Assembly (NCBI GenBank): GCA_902559565.1
Contig: CACEIH010000001.1
Coordinates: 42,730 to 106,729 of the forward strand
Direction: 5' to 3'
Origin: an uncultured Pelagibacteraceae bacterium
GTDB taxonomy: Bacteria; Pseudomonadota; Alphaproteobacteria; Pelagibacterales; Pelagibacteraceae
Length of the DNA: 64,000 nucleotides
This document shows positions 60,350-64,000 of the stretch, one piece after another. Numbering within the stretch: position 1 is the first letter of the stretch; every line of letters begins with the position of its first letter. The notes under the pieces were generated by a model. That model was not told the origin of the DNA, did not search any database, and saw nothing but the letters and a program-made list of their open reading frames with translations. The translations under genes and the position numbers were made by a program.

Positions 60350-60982
60350 ATGGGTATAAAACCAGCAATGAAACTAGTTAAAAATACTGACGATAACAAA
60401 GATCAAAAAAAAGTATCAGATAATGAGGCTGAAGAGGCTTTCAAGACAATTTTGACATGGATGGGAGAAGATCCTAATAGAGAAGGACTGCTTGAAACTC
60501 CAAAAAGAGTTGTGAAAGCTTTTAAAGAATACTTCAAAGGTTATAAAGAAGACCCAAATCAAGTACTAGATAAAACTTTTGGTGATGTTGAAGGCTATGA
60601 TGACATGGTTATACAAAAAAATATTTCAGTTCAAAGCCATTGTGAACATCATATGGCACCTATCATTGGTAAAGCGCATGTGGCTTATATTCCTAATGAG
60701 AGAGTTGTAGGTCTAAGTAAATTGGCAAGAGTGGTCGAAGTATTTTCAAAAAGACTGCAAACTCAAGAAAGATTAACTATGCAAATTGCGAATACACTAA
60801 TGAAGTCACTTGATGCAAAAGGGGTAGCGGTTACTATTGATTCAACTCATCAGTGCATGACTATGAGAGGTATTAAAAAAGAACAAGCTTCAACTGTAAC
60901 AAATTATTATTTAGGTCAGTTTAAGGATGATCTTAGTTATCAAAATAGATATTTAAGATTTATAAGTATTTCAAAAGAATAA
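60350..60982 (+). CDS. folE: GTP cyclohydrolase I
   Basis: REGL.ETP.RV, SHCEHH, GLSKLAR, RLQ.QERLT, HQCM.MRG. Confidence 0.96.
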   Translation: MGIKPAMKLVKNTDDNKDQKKVSDNEAEEAFKTILTWMGEDPNREGLLETPKRVVKAFKEYFKGYKEDPNQVLDKTFGDVEGYDDMVIQKNISVQSHCEHHMAPIIGKAHVAYIPNERVVGLSKLARVVEVFSKRLQTQERLTMQIANTLMKSLDAKGVAVTIDSTHQCMTMRGIKKEQASTVTNYYLGQFKDDLSYQNRYLRFISISKE

Positions 60983-60983
60983 A

Positions 60984-61985
60984 GTGTCAGATCAATTTAA
61001 AGCATTAATCTTAAATCAAAAAGGCGAAGAATTTACAAGAGAAGTAAAAAAAATTGATAAAAGTTTTTTAAAACATGGTGATGTGACTATAAAAGTTGAT
61101 TATTCTGATTTAAATTTTAAAGATGGTATGATTTTAAAAAATGGTGGAAGATTAGTAAAAGAGTTTCCACATATTCCAGGCATAGATTTTTCAGGCACTG
61201 TATTAGAAAGTGAAAACTCAAAATTTAAAGTAGGAGATGAAGTAATTTTAACAGGATTTAGAGTAGGAGAGATTTATTATGGAGGTTATTCACAAATTGC
61301 AAAAGTTAATGGAGATTTCTTAGTAAAAAAACCAAAAAATTTAACAAGTAAACAAGCGATGATACTTGGGACTGCTGGCTTTACATCTCTAATGAGTGCT
61401 TTTGCTATTAAAGCAAGAGAGGAAATTCTTTTAGGTGAGAAAGTTAAAACAGTATTAGTTACAGGTGCAACAGGAGGAGTTGGTAGTGTAGCTGTCATAG
61501 CATTAAACAAAATGGGATATGAAGTTACTGCTGTTACTGGTAAAAACTCAAAAGCAGATTATTTGAAATCTTTAGGTGCTAAAAGTATAGTAAATAGAAG
61601 TGAATTCGACAAAGATCCTAGACTAATTGACAAAGGTTTGTGGGATGGTGTTGTGGATACTGTTGGTGGAAAAATATTAGCTAATGCTATTGTACAAACT
61701 AATCCAAATGGAATTATTGCTGTATGTGGTAATGCAAACACTAACGAACTAAATACAAATGTTATTCCATTTATGCTACGTGGGATTAAACTTTGGGGAA
61801 TGGACTCTGCAAATTGCAGTATTAAAAGAAGAGAGTTTATTTGGAGTGAGGCAGCAAATTTAGTTGATTTTAGTTTGTTAGAAAAATCAATTCAAACAGT
61901 AAGCTTAGAGGAGTTAGTTGAAACCTATCCTAAGATATTAAAAGGTGAAATTTCAGGAAGAGTTTTAGTTGATTTAAATAAATAA
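60984..61985 (+). CDS. acuI: Acrylyl-CoA reductase-like MDR oxidoreductase (YhdH/AcuI)
   Basis: YS.LNFKD, IPGIDFSG, GTAGFT, VTGATGGVGS, VDTVGG, PF.LRG; GTG start. Confidence 0.85.
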   Translation: MSDQFKALILNQKGEEFTREVKKIDKSFLKHGDVTIKVDYSDLNFKDGMILKNGGRLVKEFPHIPGIDFSGTVLESENSKFKVGDEVILTGFRVGEIYYGGYSQIAKVNGDFLVKKPKNLTSKQAMILGTAGFTSLMSAFAIKAREEILLGEKVKTVLVTGATGGVGSVAVIALNKMGYEVTAVTGKNSKADYLKSLGAKSIVNRSEFDKDPRLIDKGLWDGVVDTVGGKILANAIVQTNPNGIIAVCGNANTNELNTNVIPFMLRGIKLWGMDSANCSIKRREFIWSEAANLVDFSLLEKSIQTVSLEELVETYPKILKGEISGRVLVDLNK

Positions 61986-62875
61986 TGGATTGGGACAAGT
62001 TAAAGATATTTCATGCAGTTGCTGAAGCAGGAAGTTTTACTAACGCAACTGTAAATTTAAACCTTAGTCAATCAGCAATCAGTAGACAAATTCAATCACT
62101 TGAACAAGATTTAAAAGTTCAATTATTTGAAAGACATGCGAGAGGTCTTACTCTTACTGAAAATGGAGAATATGTGTTTAAAACTGCACATGAAGTAATC
62201 AGTAAATTAAAAGAAGTTGAAACATCTCTTGGTGATCAAAAAAATAAACCAACTGGTAAATTAACTATTACAACAGTCAGAAGCTTTGGAACGCACTGGT
62301 TGACTCCAAGAATTGAAGAATTTATGCGGTTAAATCCAGAGGTAGAAATTGAGCTTATTTTTGAAGATAAAGAACTTGATTTAAGTACTAGACAGGCTGA
62401 CATTGGTATTTTTATGAGAAGACCAAAACAGCTTAATTATATTCAAAAAAAACTAATAGATCTAAAGTACTTTATATATGGGTCAAATAAATATTTAGAA
62501 AAATTTGGTATGCCCAAGACTATAGCTGATCTAAATAAGCATAAATTTATATCATTTGGTAAAGGTGCACCTTCACCAGTTTATAATCCCGATTGGGCAT
62601 TAAAATTAGGGATGCATGATGGTAAAAAGCGTAAACCAATAATGAAAGTAAATAGTGTTATGGGTTTACTATTAGCAGTAGAGTCTGGAGTAGGTTTAGC
62701 AGCATTACCTGAGTATTTAGTAAGCAATTCGACTAATGTAATAAAAGTATTACCAAAATCTGAGGGCCCAATTACTGAAGCTCATTTCGTGTATCCTCAA
62801 TCATTAAAAAATACCGCTAGAGTTCAAGCTTTTAGAAATTTCTTATTTAGTAAAATTGGTGATTGGAAATCATAA
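61985..62875 (+). CDS. LysR-family transcriptional regulator
   Basis: MDWDKL.IFHAVAEAGSFT.A...LNLSQSAISRQI..LE, LFERHARGL.LTE. Confidence 0.95.
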   Translation: MDWDKLKIFHAVAEAGSFTNATVNLNLSQSAISRQIQSLEQDLKVQLFERHARGLTLTENGEYVFKTAHEVISKLKEVETSLGDQKNKPTGKLTITTVRSFGTHWLTPRIEEFMRLNPEVEIELIFEDKELDLSTRQADIGIFMRRPKQLNYIQKKLIDLKYFIYGSNKYLEKFGMPKTIADLNKHKFISFGKGAPSPVYNPDWALKLGMHDGKKRKPIMKVNSVMGLLLAVESGVGLAALPEYLVSNSTNVIKVLPKSEGPITEAHFVYPQSLKNTARVQAFRNFLFSKIGDWKS

Positions 62876-62925
62876 TTCTCTTTTAAATAGATAAAATCAA
62901 CTATAGGGTGCGACATTCTTGCGAT

Positions 62926-62956
62926 TGATAATCATTCTCATTGCGAATAGTTATCA
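62926..62956 (+). promoter_or_regulatory. Paired Fur-like boxes upstream of the iron-binding protein gene
   Basis: TGATAATCATTCTCA (one mismatch to 7-1-7 TGATAATnATTATCA) followed by the inverted near-copy TGCGAATAGTTATCA. Confidence 0.7.
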
Positions 62957-62995
62957 ATATCAAATAATTATGCGGAAGAAAGAACAGGGAGAAAA

Positions 62996-64000
62996 ATGAG
63001 AAAAATAACAATTTTAACATTAATTGCATCTCTATTTGTCTCAACTTTTGTTGTGGCAAATGAGGTAAATGTTTTTAATGCCAGACATTATAAAGCTGAC
63101 GGAGAGCTTTATTCTAAGTTTACAGATAAGACAGGTATCAAAGTCAATTTGATAAATGGAAAATCAGGTGCTTTAGAGAAAAGAATAATTAGTGAGGGTG
63201 CAGACTCTTCCGCTGATCTCTATATCACTGCAGATGCTGGAAGATGTGGTGCTATGGATGCAAAGGGTACTCTTCAAAGTGGTTTAACATCAGCAGCCAT
63301 CAAATCAGCTGTTCCAAAAAGCTTTAGAACGAGCAAGTGGGTTGGAATCGCAAAAAGAGCAAGAATAATTTATTATTCACCTGAAAGAGTTACAGGTGCT
63401 GAATTATCTGGAATGACTTACGAAGGTCTAGCTGATCCTAAGTGGAAAGGTAGATTGGTAATAAGAAAATCTAGTAACATTTACAATAAGTCTCTTGTAG
63501 CATCATTGATTAAAAACAATGGAAAAGCAGCAACAGCTGCATGGGCTGAAGGGGTTGTTGCCAATATGGCAAGAACACCAACGGGTAATGACAGGGCTCA
63601 AATTATGGCAGTAGCAGCAGGAGAGGCTGATATAGCTGTGGCAAACACTTACTACTTAGCTCTTATGTTGTCAGGTAAAAAAGGTCCTGAACAACAAGAG
63701 GCAGCTAAAAAAGTTAAAGCTTTCTTTCCAAATCAAAATGATAGAGGAACGCATATGAATGTAAGTTGTGCAGCTTTAGTAAAAGGTGCGCCTAACAAAG
63801 CTAATGCAATCAAACTTGTAGAGTTTTTATTAACTCCAGAGTCTCAAGAGCACTTCACAAATAATACTTTTGAGTTTCCAATGATTGATGGTGTTTCACC
63901 AAGTCCATTAGTAGTAAATAACTTAGGATTAGATTTTAAACAAGATATGAAAACTAAGTTAGCTTCTTATGGAAAAAATCAAGCTGCTGCCGTTGAGGTA
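62996..64000 (+). CDS. Fe(III) ABC transporter periplasmic binding protein (SfuC/FutA/IdiA-like), 3'-truncated by window edge
   Basis: Read by hand (not in ORF track): MRKITILTLIASLFVSTFVVANEVNVFNARHYKAD.ELYSKFT.KTGIKVN...ITADAGR...GNDRAQI...ANTYY; AGGGAG RBS. Confidence 0.9.
   Translation, partial: MRKITILTLIASLFVSTFVVANEVNVFNARHYKADGELYSKFTDKTGIKVNLINGKSGALEKRIISEGADSSADLYITADAGRCGAMDAKGTLQSGLTSAAIKSAVPKSFRTSKWVGIAKRARIIYYSPERVTGAELSGMTYEGLADPKWKGRLVIRKSSNIYNKSLVASLIKNNGKAATAAWAEGVVANMARTPTGNDRAQIMAVAAGEADIAVANTYYLALMLSGKKGPEQQEAAKKVKAFFPNQNDRGTHMNVSCAALVKGAPNKANAIKLVEFLLTPESQEHFTNNTFEFPMIDGVSPSPLVVNNLGLDFKQDMKTKLASYGKNQAAAVEV

Noticed and set aside
1504-61741. Many 60-105 aa ORFs antisense to long genes (e.g. 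1504-1758, 8001-8318, 13214-13513, 14451-14753, 41605-41880, 55911-56186)
   Set aside because: They lie within or mostly within well-supported genes on the opposite strand and have no motifs; expected shadow ORFs
1-64000. Riboswitches (glycine, SAM-V, THF), tRNA/rRNA, CRISPR, prophage or IS elements
   Set aside because: Intergenic gaps are short and I saw no recognisable consensus, repeat-spacer array, integrase or transposase; an Infernal/Rfam scan is needed to exclude RNA elements formally

Overview
AT-rich (about 30% GC by eye), very gene-dense bacterial chromosome segment. Gene content and style point to a SAR11/Pelagibacter-type marine alphaproteobacterium (inference). The centre (about 7.8-37 kb) is a methylamine/C1 region: TMA monooxygenase (tmm), TMAO ABC transporter (tmoX...tmoW-tmoV, split by three extra genes), TMAO demethylase (tdm), two glutamine-synthetase-family paralogs (one gmaS/glnT-like), N-methylglutamate synthase (mgsABC/glxBCD), a divergent Amt, fhs and soxBDAG/mgdABCD. 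To the right are a dipeptidase/unknown/DUF3726 operon, a MetF-like plus THF-dependent demethylase pair divergent from a Rieske oxygenase operon, a dimethylglycine-dehydrogenase-like gene with etfBA and ETF-QO, hisI, folE, acuI, a LysR gene and a partial Fe(III)-binding protein gene with paired Fur-like boxes. The left end has csaA, acnA, yfgM/bamB-like genes and zapE. I saw no rRNA, tRNA, CRISPR, integrase or transposase. Best leads, all hypotheses: (i) a possible monooxygenase-independent dimethylamine route (FAD oxidoreductase plus second GS paralog behind tdm); (ii) a diaminopropionate lyase 3 nt downstream of gmaS that may release methylamine from N-methyl-diaminopropionate (BMAA); (iii) a miniature P-loop kinase plus HxGH nucleotidyltransferase pair; (iv) three small ORFs and a long hairpin not in the ORF track. 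All family calls come from motif recognition; no database searches were run.
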